Shown piece after piece: positions 17,887 to 27,529 of a stretch of 64,000 nt of DNA. The notes beneath the pieces are model-generated. The model had not been told where the DNA came from. It did no database searches and saw nothing but the letters and a program-made list of their open reading frames with translations. The DNA is from Planctomycetota bacterium (GTDB lineage Bacteria > Planctomycetota > J058): NCBI GenBank assembly GCA_041402045.1, contig JAWKSZ010000029.1:270-64269 (forward strand), written 5' to 3'. The translations under genes and the position numbers were made by a program. Each line of letters begins with the position of its first letter. Position 1 is the first letter of the stretch.

Positions 17887-19197
17887 ATGGATCGGATCGG
17901 CGTCGTCGGGATCTCGTGGCGCTCGGGGGGACCCGAGGCGCTCGCGCCGTTCACGCGGGGGCCCGCGGAGCGGGCGCGCATGCTGCCCGAGCTGGCCCAG
18001 GCGATCGGGTCGCCGGAGGTGTTCTACCTCGCGACCTGCAACCGGGTCGAGGTCGGCTTCGTGACCGACGGCAAGACCCCGCTCGGGGCCTACCGGCCCC
18101 GGGTGTTCCGCTACTTCACCGGGCGCGAGCCCGAGCCGGGGGAGGCCGAGCGCGTGTTCCGCGCCTGGGCCGGGGAGGGCGCGGCAGAGCACGTGTTCCT
18201 GGTGGGCGCCGGGCTCGACTCGGCGAAGGTCGGGGAGACCGAGATCGCGGGGCAGTTGCGTGAGGCGCTCAAGCACGCGCGCGCCGCCGGGACCTGTCGC
18301 CTGCGCCTGGGGCTCGTGCTCGAGGAGGGGCTCAAGGTCGCGAGCAGGGTCCACACCCTGACCGGGCTCAGCAGCGGGCGGATCTCGCTGGCGGAGATCG
18401 CCCTGGACCGGGTCCGCGGGCGGCTGAGTGAGACGCCTGGCTGTGTGGCCCTGGTCGGGGTCTCGGCCATGACCGAGCGCTGCGCCCGCGCGCTGATCGC
18501 CGAGGGCCACGCGGTGCTGGTGGTCAACCGCACCCTGACCCGGGCCGAGGAGCTCGCGAGCTCCGTCGGCGCCCGCGCCCTGAGCCTGGAGGCCTTCCAG
18601 GCCGCCCCGCCCGGCGTGGAGGCGCTGGTGCTCGCGACCGGCGCCGACGGGCCGGTGTTGGGCAAGGCCGCCCTCGAGCGCCTCGCCGCGCAGGCGCCCT
18701 CGGGACGCCCGCCGCTGGCGGTGGACCTCGCGGTGAACCCCGACGTCGACCCCCAGGCGGCGCGGGAGGCCGGGGTGCCCCGGGTCCCGCTGCAGGAGGT
18801 GATCGACGAGGCCGCCTCGACCCGCGACCAGCGCCTGGTGGAAATGGCCGACGCGCGGGTGCTCGTGGACGAGGCCCTGGTCGCGTTTCGCCGGCGGCTG
18901 GCGCAGCGTGTGCTCGGCCCCGTCGTCGGCGCGATCCAGCGGCGCTACCTCGAGACCGCGCGCGCCGGGCTCGAGCGGCTGCTGAACAAGGAGCTCTCGG
19001 GGCTGGGCCCCGACGAGCGCCAGGCCGTCGACCGCTGGCTCTCGACCTTGGCGCGGCGCTTCGCGCACCTCCCCAGCGAGGGGCTCAAGGGCGTGGCCTT
19101 CGAATACGGCGCGGGCGCGGTGGAGGCGTTCCTCGCCAAGGGCGCGCCGGAGCTGCTGCAGGTGCTCGAGGACCTCCCCGAGGACGACCCGCGGTGA
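17887..19197 (+). CDS. hemA: Glutamyl-tRNA reductase
   Basis: LATCNRVE catalytic motif, HVFLVGAGLDSAKVGETEIAGQ, LVVNRT, AVDLAVNPDVDP. Confidence 0.9.
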   Translation: MDRIGVVGISWRSGGPEALAPFTRGPAERARMLPELAQAIGSPEVFYLATCNRVEVGFVTDGKTPLGAYRPRVFRYFTGREPEPGEAERVFRAWAGEGAAEHVFLVGAGLDSAKVGETEIAGQLREALKHARAAGTCRLRLGLVLEEGLKVASRVHTLTGLSSGRISLAEIALDRVRGRLSETPGCVALVGVSAMTERCARALIAEGHAVLVVNRTLTRAEELASSVGARALSLEAFQAAPPGVEALVLATGADGPVLGKAALERLAAQAPSGRPPLAVDLAVNPDVDPQAAREAGVPRVPLQEVIDEAASTRDQRLVEMADARVLVDEALVAFRRRLAQRVLGPVVGAIQRRYLETARAGLERLLNKELSGLGPDERQAVDRWLSTLARRFAHLPSEGLKGVAFEYGAGAVEAFLAKGAPELLQVLEDLPEDDPR

Positions 19198-20285
19198 AGA
19201 GCGCCGACCCCACCCGCCGCGTGCAGTTGATCTACGGCTTCGTGCTGGTCGTGTGCGTGGCCCAGACCACCTGGTGGATCGTGGACCAGGCGCGCTTCAC
19301 CGGCGAAGTGCGCGAGCAGGCCCAGGCCACCCTCGAGGCCGACGTGCTCCAGGCGCAGCTCCTGCTCGACGCGGGGGTCGACCCCCAGGCCGTCGACGAG
19401 GCGTTCCCGGATCTGGAGTTCGTGCCCGCGGGCCCACGGATCGACGCCGAGGCCCTGGCCGCGGCGGAGCGCCGCCTGCGCCGGCGGGTGGTGCGCTACG
19501 GCTGGGAGGGCAGCTTCTTCCTCGTGGTGCTCGTGATCGGGCTGATCGTGCTCCTGCGCACCCTGCGCCAGCGCGCGCGGCTGCTGCGCTGGCAGGAGAA
19601 CTTCGTGGCGGCGGTGAGCCACGAGCTCAAGAGCCCGGTGGCCAGCATTCGCTTGACCGCCGAGACCCTGAGCCTGCGCGACCCGCCCAAGGAGCGCCGG
19701 GAGCAGCTCCTGCGCCGGATCCAGGAGGAGACCGAGCGCCTGGAGACCACGACCACGAACCTCCTGGAGACGCGACGGCTGGAGGAGGGCGCCGCCAAGC
19801 GCGAGCCGCAGCCGCTGGACCTGGCCGAGGTCGTGGGCAAGGTGGTCGAGTCGCTGACGCCGTCCTTCAGCGCCTGCGGGGTCACGATCGTGGACGAGCT
19901 CCCGCGCGGGCTGGTGCTCCAGGGCGACCGCACCGAGGTCCAGATCGTGGTCACGAACCTGCTCGACAACGCCGGCAAGGCGCTCGCCCAGTGCGACGGC
20001 CCCAAGGTGCACCTGCAGGGCGAGCGCACCGACGACGGCTACGTGCGGTTGACGGTCAGCGACAACGGGGTGGGGTTCCCCAGCAGCGAGTCCAACCGGC
20101 TGTTCGTGAAGTTCTATCGCCTGGGGGACGAGCTGCGGCGCACCAGCCGCGGCGTGGGCCTGGGGCTCTACCTGGTGCGGAGCCTGGTCGAGTCCGGCGG
20201 CGGCAAGGTCTCTGCCACGAGCCCGGGGGTCGGCAAGGGCGCGACCTTCCAGGTGCTCTGGCCGGCGGCCAAGGAGGCAGCGTGA
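19194..20285 (+). CDS. Sensor histidine kinase (2 TM, HisKA + HATPase)
   Basis: VSHELKSP H-box, NLLDNA N-box, DNGVG, FYR, GVGLGL; overlaps the hemA stop (GTGA). Confidence 0.95.
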   Translation: MKSADPTRRVQLIYGFVLVVCVAQTTWWIVDQARFTGEVREQAQATLEADVLQAQLLLDAGVDPQAVDEAFPDLEFVPAGPRIDAEALAAAERRLRRRVVRYGWEGSFFLVVLVIGLIVLLRTLRQRARLLRWQENFVAAVSHELKSPVASIRLTAETLSLRDPPKERREQLLRRIQEETERLETTTTNLLETRRLEEGAAKREPQPLDLAEVVGKVVESLTPSFSACGVTIVDELPRGLVLQGDRTEVQIVVTNLLDNAGKALAQCDGPKVHLQGERTDDGYVRLTVSDNGVGFPSSESNRLFVKFYRLGDELRRTSRGVGLGLYLVRSLVESGGGKVSATSPGVGKGATFQVLWPAAKEAA

Positions 20286-20971
20286 GCGCGCGGATCCTGG
20301 TGGTCGAGGACGAGGCGAACCTGGCGTTGGGGATCCAGGAGAACCTCCAGGACGAGGGGCACGAGGTCGACGTGGCCCAGGACGGGGAGGCGGGGTTGGC
20401 TCGGGCGCTGGCCGAGCGCTACGACCTCGTGATCCTGGACGTCATGATGCCCAAGCTCGACGGCTACGCGGTGTGCGAGGCGCTGCGGGCGCAGCGCAGC
20501 GACGTGCTGATCCTGTTCCTCACCGCCAAGGGCTCCGTCGCCGACCGGATCCAGGGTCTGGAGAAGGGCGGGGACGACTACTTGTCCAAGCCCTTCAGCC
20601 TGCGCGAGCTCCTGCTGCGGGTGAACTCGCTGCTGCGGCGCAGGCCGCAGTCGCCGGCGGCCGGGGAGCCGCCGCTCGTGTTCGGCGGCAACACCGTGGA
20701 CCTCGTCGCGTATCGCGCGATCGCCTGGGACGGGACCGAGCACCCGCTGCAGCAGAAGGAGGTCGCGCTCCTGCGCGCCCTCGCCGCGCGGCCGCGGGAG
20801 GTGGTCACCCGCGAGGAGGCGCTGGAGGCGGTCTACGGCCACGACCCGCACCCCGGGAGCCGGGTGCTGCTCGAGCTCATGGCCGGGCTCTGCGCGCGCC
20901 TCGAGCGCGACCCGGGGCAGCCGCAGCACCTCACGACGGTGCGGGGGGTGGGGTTCCGCTTCGAGCCCTGA
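20282..20971 (+). CDS. OmpR/PhoB family response regulator
   Basis: In frame within ORF 19253..20971 from GTG 20282: ILVVEDE, LDVMMP, FLTAK, DYLSKPF, TVRGVGFRFE. Confidence 0.93.
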   Translation: MSARILVVEDEANLALGIQENLQDEGHEVDVAQDGEAGLARALAERYDLVILDVMMPKLDGYAVCEALRAQRSDVLILFLTAKGSVADRIQGLEKGGDDYLSKPFSLRELLLRVNSLLRRRPQSPAAGEPPLVFGGNTVDLVAYRAIAWDGTEHPLQQKEVALLRALAARPREVVTREEALEAVYGHDPHPGSRVLLELMAGLCARLERDPGQPQHLTTVRGVGFRFEP

Positions 20972-20977
20972 GCGGGG

Positions 20978-21673
20978 CTACTTCCCCAGCGCCTTGCGCA
21001 CGAAGGCCTTGACCTCGGGGGTCACCCAGGCGGGGACGACCTCCTCCAGGAACGCGCGCTCCTCGGACTCGACCACCCGCGCGACCCCTGCGCGGAGGGT
21101 CGCCTTGGCGGCCGCGTAGGCCGGCGCGGGGTAGGCGGCCCGCGCCGCGAGGCGCTCCTGGGCGCGCGCCAGCGGGTCGGGGGCGAGCTCGTCGACGAGG
21201 CCCAGGGCCAGCGCCTGCTCCGGGGCGTAGAGCCCGGCGTCGAGCACGATCCGGTCGAGGAGCGGGAGCTGATGGCGCAGCATGCGCAGCAGCCGCTGGG
21301 GGAAGCGCAGCCCGAGGGCGACCTCGTTCAGCCCGATCCGGGCCTTGGGGTTCGCGGTCCCGACCCGCCAGTCGCAGCACAGCGCGAGCACGCAGCCGCC
21401 GGCGATCGCGTGGCCGTTGACGCAGGCGACCGTCGGTCCGGGGTAGTCGAACAAGAGCGCCGAGAGCGCGCCCAGGCGCTCGAGGAACCCGCGCATGCCC
21501 TCGAGGTCGAGCTCCAGCAGCTCCTTCAGGTTCAGGCCCGCCGAGAACGCGTCGCCGGAGCCGGTGAGCAGCACCGGCTCACCGCCAGCGGCCTCGAGCT
21601 CCGCGTGCAGGTGCGCCATGAGCTCGCTGCCCAGCGCGTTCTTCCCCGGTCCCTCGATCGTGATCGTGCGCAC
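20978..21673 (-). CDS. Enoyl-CoA hydratase/isomerase family protein
   Basis: RBS AGGAGGT + GTG 21673; FSAGLNL, VNGHAIAGGCVLALCCD, GLNEVALG. Confidence 0.92.
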   Translation of the reverse strand: MRTITIEGPGKNALGSELMAHLHAELEAAGGEPVLLTGSGDAFSAGLNLKELLELDLEGMRGFLERLGALSALLFDYPGPTVACVNGHAIAGGCVLALCCDWRVGTANPKARIGLNEVALGLRFPQRLLRMLRHQLPLLDRIVLDAGLYAPEQALALGLVDELAPDPLARAQERLAARAAYPAPAYAAAKATLRAGVARVVESEERAFLEEVVPAWVTPEVKAFVRKALGK

Positions 21674-21686
21674 GTCCCACCTCCTA

Positions 21687-22055
21687 GTTTCAGGGGGTCT
21701 GTCCCAGACCCCTCGGGCTCGGGGCAAAGCCCCTCGCCCTCACCCCAAGGGGCTCGCGCGCGCTTCGCGCGCTCGCGGCTGTCGCCGCTCGCCGGGCGCG
21801 CCCAAGAAGCCAGTTTAGCTCGCATTCTGGGGCTCGCTCGCGGCCGGGACGCACGAGGGGAAGGCAGGCCGCCAACACCACACGTGACGTCGCCGCGCGC
21901 TGCGACGCCGCTTCCGGGCGCGCAGGAGGCGCCCGGCGAGCGGCGTGAGCCGCGAGCGCGCAGCCGCCGGCGGAGCCGGCGGCGAGCCCCTTGGGGGTGA
22001 GCCCGAGGGGCTTTGCCCCGAGGGCGAGGGGGTCTGGGACAGACCCCCTGGAAAT
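21687..22055. repeat. REPIN/BIME-like element: two inverted multi-hairpin arms of about 110 nt
   Basis: Left arm GTTTCAGGGGGTCTGTCCCAGACCCC...; right end reverse-complements to ATTTCCAGGGGGTCTGTCCCAGACCCCC...; arms share GGGGCAAAGCCCC and CCCCAAGGGG hairpins. Confidence 0.85.
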
Positions 22056-22083
22056 GCGAGGCTCGCCGACGCGGAGGTGGCGC

Positions 22084-23628
22084 ATGGCACCGTGGGTGTG
22101 GGTTCTGACCGGCGTTGGGGCGCTCTTGCTCCTGGTGGCCCTCTACGACGTGTTCCAGAAGAAGCACGCGATCCTCAGGAACTTCCCGATCATCGGTCAC
22201 TTCCGCTACTGGCTGGAAATGATCGGGCCCGAGCTGCGGCAGTACATCGTGACCGACAACGACGAGGAGCGCCCCTTCAGCCGCGACCAGCGCCGCTGGG
22301 TCTACGCCTCGGCCAAGCAGGAGAACGCCTACTTCGGCTTCGGCACCGACAACGACCTCGAGCAGACCGCCAACTACATCGTGCTCAAGCACGCGACCTT
22401 CCCCCTGCTCGAGAAGCACGAGGGCGACCCCGGCTACGAGCCCCTGCACCCGCTCCCCTGCGCCAAGGTGTTGGGTGCCGCACGCGGGCGGGCCAAGGCC
22501 TTCCGCCCGCGCTCGATCGTGAACGTCTCGGCCATGAGCTACGGCTCGCTGGGGTCCAGCGCGGTCGAGGCGATCAACCGCGGCTGCGCCCTGGCGGGCT
22601 GCCTGCACAACACCGGCGAGGGCGGGATCTCACCCCACCACAAGCACGGCGGCGACCTGATCTGGCAGCTCGGCACCGGCTACTTCGGCGCGCGCAACCC
22701 GGACGGGAGCTTCTCGCTGGAGAAGCTCGTCGAGCGCGCCGCCCAGGCGCAGGTGCGCGCGATCGAGGTCAAGCTCAGCCAGGGCGCCAAGCCCGGGCTC
22801 GGCGGCGTGCTGCCCGCGGCCAAGGTCACCCGCGAGGTGTCCGAGATCCGCGGGATCCCGATCGGCCAGGCCTGCCTCAGCCCCTCGGCCCACCGCGCGT
22901 TCAGGGACGTGGACGGGCTGCTCGACTTCGTAGAGCGGATCGCCGAGGCCACCGGGCTCCCGGTGGGGATCAAGTCCGCGGTGGGCGACATGAAGTTCTG
23001 GGCCGAGCTCGCCCAGCGCATGGCCGACGACCCGGGGCGCGGGGTGGACTACATTCAGATCGACGGCGGCGAGGGCGGGACCGGCGCGGCGCCCCTGGCC
23101 TTCTCCGACCACGTGGCCCTGCCCTTCAAGCTCGGCTTCACCCGGGTCTACCGCGAGTTCGCGCAGCGCGGGATCACCGACAAGCTCCTGTTCGCGGGCT
23201 CGGGCAAGTTGGGCTTCCCCGAGGGGGCGCTCCTCGCCATGAGCCTCGGCTGCGACATGGTCCACGTGGCGCGCGAGGCCATGCTCGCGATCGGCTGCAT
23301 TCAAGCCCAGCGCTGCCACACCGGGCACTGCCCGGCCGGGGTCGCGACCCAGAACACGTGGCTCATGCGCGGGCTCGACCCCACGCTCAAGGCCGCGCGG
23401 CTGGCGAACTACGTGGCCACCCTGCGCAAGGAGCTGACCCGCATGAGCTACGCCGCGGGCGTGCCGCACCCGGCCTTCGTGACCCCGGACGCCCTCGAGA
23501 TCCTCGACGACTCCTTCGGCTCGCGCACGGCGGCCGAGGTGTTCCGCTACGAGGACGGGTGGGGGCGCCCCTCGCCCGCGCAGCTCGACGCCTTGCTCCA
23601 GGAGCTCGGCGCCGCGCACCACGCCTGA
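22084..23628 (+). CDS. FMN-binding glutamate synthase family protein (stand-alone GltS domain 2)
   Basis: SAMSYGSL, NTGEGG, EVKLSQGAKPGLGG, IDGGEGGTGAAP, GCIQAQRCHTGHCPAGVATQ ([3Fe-4S]); N-terminal TM. Confidence 0.93.
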   Translation: MAPWVWVLTGVGALLLLVALYDVFQKKHAILRNFPIIGHFRYWLEMIGPELRQYIVTDNDEERPFSRDQRRWVYASAKQENAYFGFGTDNDLEQTANYIVLKHATFPLLEKHEGDPGYEPLHPLPCAKVLGAARGRAKAFRPRSIVNVSAMSYGSLGSSAVEAINRGCALAGCLHNTGEGGISPHHKHGGDLIWQLGTGYFGARNPDGSFSLEKLVERAAQAQVRAIEVKLSQGAKPGLGGVLPAAKVTREVSEIRGIPIGQACLSPSAHRAFRDVDGLLDFVERIAEATGLPVGIKSAVGDMKFWAELAQRMADDPGRGVDYIQIDGGEGGTGAAPLAFSDHVALPFKLGFTRVYREFAQRGITDKLLFAGSGKLGFPEGALLAMSLGCDMVHVAREAMLAIGCIQAQRCHTGHCPAGVATQNTWLMRGLDPTLKAARLANYVATLRKELTRMSYAAGVPHPAFVTPDALEILDDSFGSRTAAEVFRYEDGWGRPSPAQLDALLQELGAAHHA

Positions 23629-23640
23629 GCGCGCGCGGGG

Positions 23641-23803
23641 CTAGTGCTGTGCGTCAGAAGTTTCGGTACAGGTCGCGCAGCAATCGTCGTCCCTGGCAAG
23701 GCGTGAGGAGGGAGCAATGCGGGCCATTGTGACCGACGAACAACACAGCCAGGGGCGGCGAGGGCAAGCGAGATGTACCGGAACTTCTGACGTGCAGCAC
23801 TAG
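23641..23803. mobile_element. 163-bp MITE / internally deleted IS with 26-bp TIRs flanked by CTAG
   Basis: CTAGTGCTGTGCGTCAGAAGTTTCGGTACA (23641-23670) is the inverted complement of TGTACCGGAACTTCTGACGTGCAGCACTAG (23774-23803) at 27/30 positions; internal SD+ATG mini-ORF MRAIVTDEQ... Confidence 0.85.
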
Positions 23804-26058
23804 TCCTTGCCCTGGTGGCGGAGCACGTAGACCAGGGCCTCCTTGGCGCAGACCTCTTCGTAGCCGATCGCGGCCAGGCGCTCGAAGGCGTCGACCACGC
23901 GCTGCTGATCGACCTCGTCCACCCGCGCCCAGTCGTCGGTACCGTAGCGCAGGAGCTGGGTCTGGAACTTGCTGATCGCCGCCTCGCGCTCCTTGTGATA
24001 GTGCGCGCGCAGGGCGCCGAAGATGTCCGAGAAGATCTCGCGGTAGGCCACGGGCTTGCCGGGGTTGTCGATCACCCAGGCCGCGATCCTGAGGATCAAG
24101 CCCTTGCGGTACTCCTTGGGTTTGGTGTCCCCGATCCCGACCCGCGCCTCGACGCGCTCCATGAGCTGGGTCGAGGCCGGCTCCAGGCGCTGGGTGTGAG
24201 GGTTCAGCACCTTCTCGTTGGCGTCGAAGGCGCGCACGTGCTGGAAGTAGTCCTCGAACAGCTGCTCGTAGGCGCCCTCGGTGACCAGGGCCAGGGCCTG
24301 GTGGACCTCGTTGCGCACCAGGCGCCGATACTCGCTCTCGGCGTAGTCGGTGAGCGCGTCGACGTCGTTGTAGTCGCCGTCGGGGTCGAGGCGCAGGAAC
24401 TCGTAGAGCCGGCGGTCGGCGGCGAGGGCGCGGATCGCCTTGAGCACGGCCAGAGGGGAGAGGCACGGCGACTCCTCGTCGAGGACCGCGTCCTGGAGCA
24501 GGGTCTTGACCTCCCGCGGGCTCGCGCCGCGCCGGCCTTCGTAGGCCGTGTCGGGGAGCCCTTCGAACTCCTCCTCGACCACGTCCCACTCGGTGGCGAG
24601 CTCCTCCAGGTGGCGCAGCAGCTCGCGGCGCTCGGCGTCGCTCCAGCCCTCGGGGGCGGTGCCGTCGTTGTAGAGGTGGGCCTTCTCCAGCGGGTTCAGG
24701 CGCGCGACCAGGGGCTTTATGTCGCCGGTGTAGTGGTCGGGCTGGGGCCGGCGCAGGCGGGTCAGCACCGCCCACAGCGCGGCGATCCGCGTGGTGTGGG
24801 GGGCGATCGGCTTGTGGTTCGCGATCGAGGTGATCTCCCGCGCGTAGATCTGCTCCTCGATCGACCAGCGCAGGAGGTAGGGCGCGCGCACCAGCTCGAA
24901 GCGCCCCTTGAACGAGGGGAAGTCCGGGTTGCGCTTGAACAGCGTCATGTTCTTCTCGTTGGAGGTCGCGAACAGGACGCAGTCGAGCTCGGCGCTGGCG
25001 TCGGGCAGGCTGATCGTGCCCTTCTCGCTGGTCGTGAGCAGGTATTTGCTCAGCTCCAGCGGGCGCTTGAAGAAGTCGGAGTATTCGACCAGCCCGCGGT
25101 TGGCGTCGACGAGGTCGCCCGAGAGCTCGCTCAGGCTCGACTGGCTGAGCATGGGGGGCAGGCGGTAGCTCTTCTCCAGGTTCAGCGGGCGCGAGCCCGC
25201 GTCGACGTTGCGCTGGGGCTGGATCACCACCGCGCAGCGGCGGTAGCGGCGGCTGACGTAGAGCCGCTCGACCTGCACGTGGTCGTAGACCCGAGGCAGG
25301 TCGCCCTTCCGCGCGTTGACCAGCGCGTCGAAGATCGGGCGGTTCTTGGGGCTGAGGTCGCCCTCGCGCAGCACGTCGGGCAGGCGGAAGGGCTGCTTGG
25401 CGGCGGCGAAGGCCTTCTGCAACAGCTCGAGCCGGTCGCCGGCCGGGATCAGGAGCAGGGGGTGGTCCTTCAGGTCGGGGCCCAGCTTGAAGCTGATCTG
25501 GTCGGGCTCGAGGTAGGCCAGCGAGCTGCCGCCGGCGGGCGGGTCCTTCTCGAGGAAGCCGAAGCTCGCGCCCTCGGGGCGGTCGCTGAACACCCAGTTG
25601 AAGGTGTAGAGCACCCCCTCGGGCAGGCTGGAGTAATGCTCCATGCCCGCGGTCATGCACTCGACGAAGGTCGACTTGGCGGTGCCGTTGGGGCCGTGGA
25701 GCATGATCAGCTTGTCGACGCGGCCGCGCTCGCAGAAGGTCGTGAGCTCCTTGTAGACCTCGTTCTGCAGCGTCTCCTGGCCCAGGACCCGGGTCTTGTG
25801 CCCGTTGAACTCGGCGTCGAACAGCTTGAACCGGCGCTGGCGCCCGCGCGGCGTCTGCACGGTGGTCGTGCCGAAGTGGTCGAACAGGTCGCGCAGGTAG
25901 AGCGCCGCGTTGCGGGTGTGCCGGGCGGGGTCTTCGAGCACCAGCTCCAGGTACTCCGGGAACGAGAGGATCGTGCGCTGCGTCTCGAACCGCTCGCAGC
26001 TCGTTTGGCGCAGCTCGTCGAGGAGCTTCTTGGCGGGGGTGTCGAGGCTCTGCGTCAC
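23800..26058 (-). CDS. prkA: PrkA-family AAA serine protein kinase
   Basis: GTG 26058 after GGAGG; LHGPNGTAKST Walker A, GDLVDANRGLVEYSDFFK, GRRGASPRE. Confidence 0.85.
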   Translation of the reverse strand: MTQSLDTPAKKLLDELRQTSCERFETQRTILSFPEYLELVLEDPARHTRNAALYLRDLFDHFGTTTVQTPRGRQRRFKLFDAEFNGHKTRVLGQETLQNEVYKELTTFCERGRVDKLIMLHGPNGTAKSTFVECMTAGMEHYSSLPEGVLYTFNWVFSDRPEGASFGFLEKDPPAGGSSLAYLEPDQISFKLGPDLKDHPLLLIPAGDRLELLQKAFAAAKQPFRLPDVLREGDLSPKNRPIFDALVNARKGDLPRVYDHVQVERLYVSRRYRRCAVVIQPQRNVDAGSRPLNLEKSYRLPPMLSQSSLSELSGDLVDANRGLVEYSDFFKRPLELSKYLLTTSEKGTISLPDASAELDCVLFATSNEKNMTLFKRNPDFPSFKGRFELVRAPYLLRWSIEEQIYAREITSIANHKPIAPHTTRIAALWAVLTRLRRPQPDHYTGDIKPLVARLNPLEKAHLYNDGTAPEGWSDAERRELLRHLEELATEWDVVEEEFEGLPDTAYEGRRGASPREVKTLLQDAVLDEESPCLSPLAVLKAIRALAADRRLYEFLRLDPDGDYNDVDALTDYAESEYRRLVRNEVHQALALVTEGAYEQLFEDYFQHVRAFDANEKVLNPHTQRLEPASTQLMERVEARVGIGDTKPKEYRKGLILRIAAWVIDNPGKPVAYREIFSDIFGALRAHYHKEREAAISKFQTQLLRYGTDDWARVDEVDQQRVVDAFERLAAIGYEEVCAKEALVYVLRHQGKD

Positions 26059-26293
26059 GCGCCCTCCTGCTCCTGAGTCTAGCGCCAATCCTCGGGGGAT
26101 TCTGCGGCGGGGGACGCGAGGAGGTGGGGGCGCTAACCCGCCACGGAGCCGGGACATCGGAGAACCATCCCGGGGATGTCGGATGGCCTGCGTAGAGTGG
26201 GGCGCGTTGCCCGCTGGGCCAGCTCCCATGCGGCTTCCCGCACACTCCCTGCTCCTCGCCCGACGCTAGTTCGGCGACAGAAAGGACCCTCCC

Positions 26294-26944
26294 ATGCTCG
26301 TAGGCAAGGGATCGCTCACGTTTCGGCAATACGAGATCGGCGGCAAGCGCAAGCGCGTGGACCCCGACTACGTGTGCGAGCGGCTGAGCACTTTCGCGTT
26401 CGCCGGGCTGGCGTCGGGTGAAGAGGGCGTGGCCCAGGGCTGGGTCGCCCCGGCCCACCTGTTCGACGGCGACTTCGACCGTCACCGCCTGTTCCACGGG
26501 CCGTACGTGACCTTCGCCCTGCGGATCGACACCCGCAAGGTCCCGGCGTCGTTGATCAACGCCCACGCCGCGCTGGAGATCAACGCGGCCCTCGAGGCCG
26601 AGGGGCTCGACCGCCTCTCGAACCGCCGCAAGCGCGAGATCAAGGAGGAGATCCGCCTGCGCCTGGCCGAGGAGACCCCCCCGACGCAGAAGGCGTTCGG
26701 CGTGTTCTGGAACCTGGAGAAGCGCCGGGTCTACCTGCAGAACACCTCCAAGACCGTGAACGAGGCCTTCCGCGCGTTGTTCGAGCGCACCTTCGAGACC
26801 GAGATCAGCCCCCAGATCCCGGGGCTCCAGGCCGCCGGCTGGGCCCGGGCCGCGGGCCTGCTCGAGACCCTGCGCGAGGCGCGGCCCCTCGAGCTGCGCG
26901 CCGCCCCCGCGGGCAGCAGCGCCCCCAGCATGGTCCGTTCCTAG
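26294..26944 (+). CDS. RdgC-like protein (N-terminal part of split RdgC)
   Basis: GSLTFRQY, GWV, FALRIDTRKVPASL, IKEEIRLRL resemble the recombination-associated RdgC family. Confidence 0.6.
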   Translation: MLVGKGSLTFRQYEIGGKRKRVDPDYVCERLSTFAFAGLASGEEGVAQGWVAPAHLFDGDFDRHRLFHGPYVTFALRIDTRKVPASLINAHAALEINAALEAEGLDRLSNRRKREIKEEIRLRLAEETPPTQKAFGVFWNLEKRRVYLQNTSKTVNEAFRALFERTFETEISPQIPGLQAAGWARAAGLLETLREARPLELRAAPAGSSAPSMVRS

Positions 26945-26971
26945 TCCACCCCGAGCCGAGAGAGCTACCCC

Positions 26972-27529
26972 ATGACCGCTACCGACGTCGCCTTCGCTGT
27001 CGAGCGCAGCTTCCTGGCCCAAGAGTTCCTCACCTGGCTGTGGTTCCGCTGCGAGGTGGAGGGCGGAGAGTTCGACCTCGACGGACGCCACGTCGCGATC
27101 GTGGTCGAGGACAGCCTCAGCCTCTCGGGCTGGGACGACGAGGGTCCCCGCACGAGCCTGCGCGGCGGGAACCCCACCCAGCGCGCCGAGGCCGCGGGCG
27201 CCCTCTCCCAGGGGCTGCTCCTGCACAAGGCCAAGCTGATCGCCGCCGACGGCAACCGCGAGTGGCAGTTCACCCTCGACACCGAGAGCCTGGACCTCCT
27301 GAGCGTGAAGGTCCCCGCCCTCGACGAGGACGAAGACGTCGAGGACCCGCTGGCCGAGAAGCTCGGCGCCGGCGAGTGGCTGCGCGAGACCGTGGACGCG
27401 CTGTTCGAGCAGTTCCTCTCGCTGCGCCTGAGCGCCGACTGGCTGAAGATCGAGGTCCCCCGGCTCGAGCAGTGGGTGCGGATCAAGGTCGAGCGCGCCC
27501 ACGCCTCCGCCGACCGCGAGCCCAACTGA
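26972..27529 (+). CDS. RdgC-associated protein (FLxxEFLTWLW family)
   Basis: FLAQEFLTWLWF signature, EARGALSQG-like stretch, WQFTLD; family commonly follows the preceding gene. Confidence 0.55.
   Translation: MTATDVAFAVERSFLAQEFLTWLWFRCEVEGGEFDLDGRHVAIVVEDSLSLSGWDDEGPRTSLRGGNPTQRAEAAGALSQGLLLHKAKLIAADGNREWQFTLDTESLDLLSVKVPALDEDEDVEDPLAEKLGAGEWLRETVDALFEQFLSLRLSADWLKIEVPRLEQWVRIKVERAHASADREPN

Noticed and set aside
26060-26290. Structured-looking intergenic region (GACATC...GATGTC stem) as a riboswitch or ncRNA
   Set aside because: No recognisable aptamer consensus; one short stem is expected by chance at this GC content.
23654-27502. 1282-aa - strand ORF (and similar giant ORFs at 49206..53240, 59226..62684, 30651..33896)
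   Set aside because: Off-frame or antisense products of stop-poor GC-rich DNA overlapping well-supported genes.
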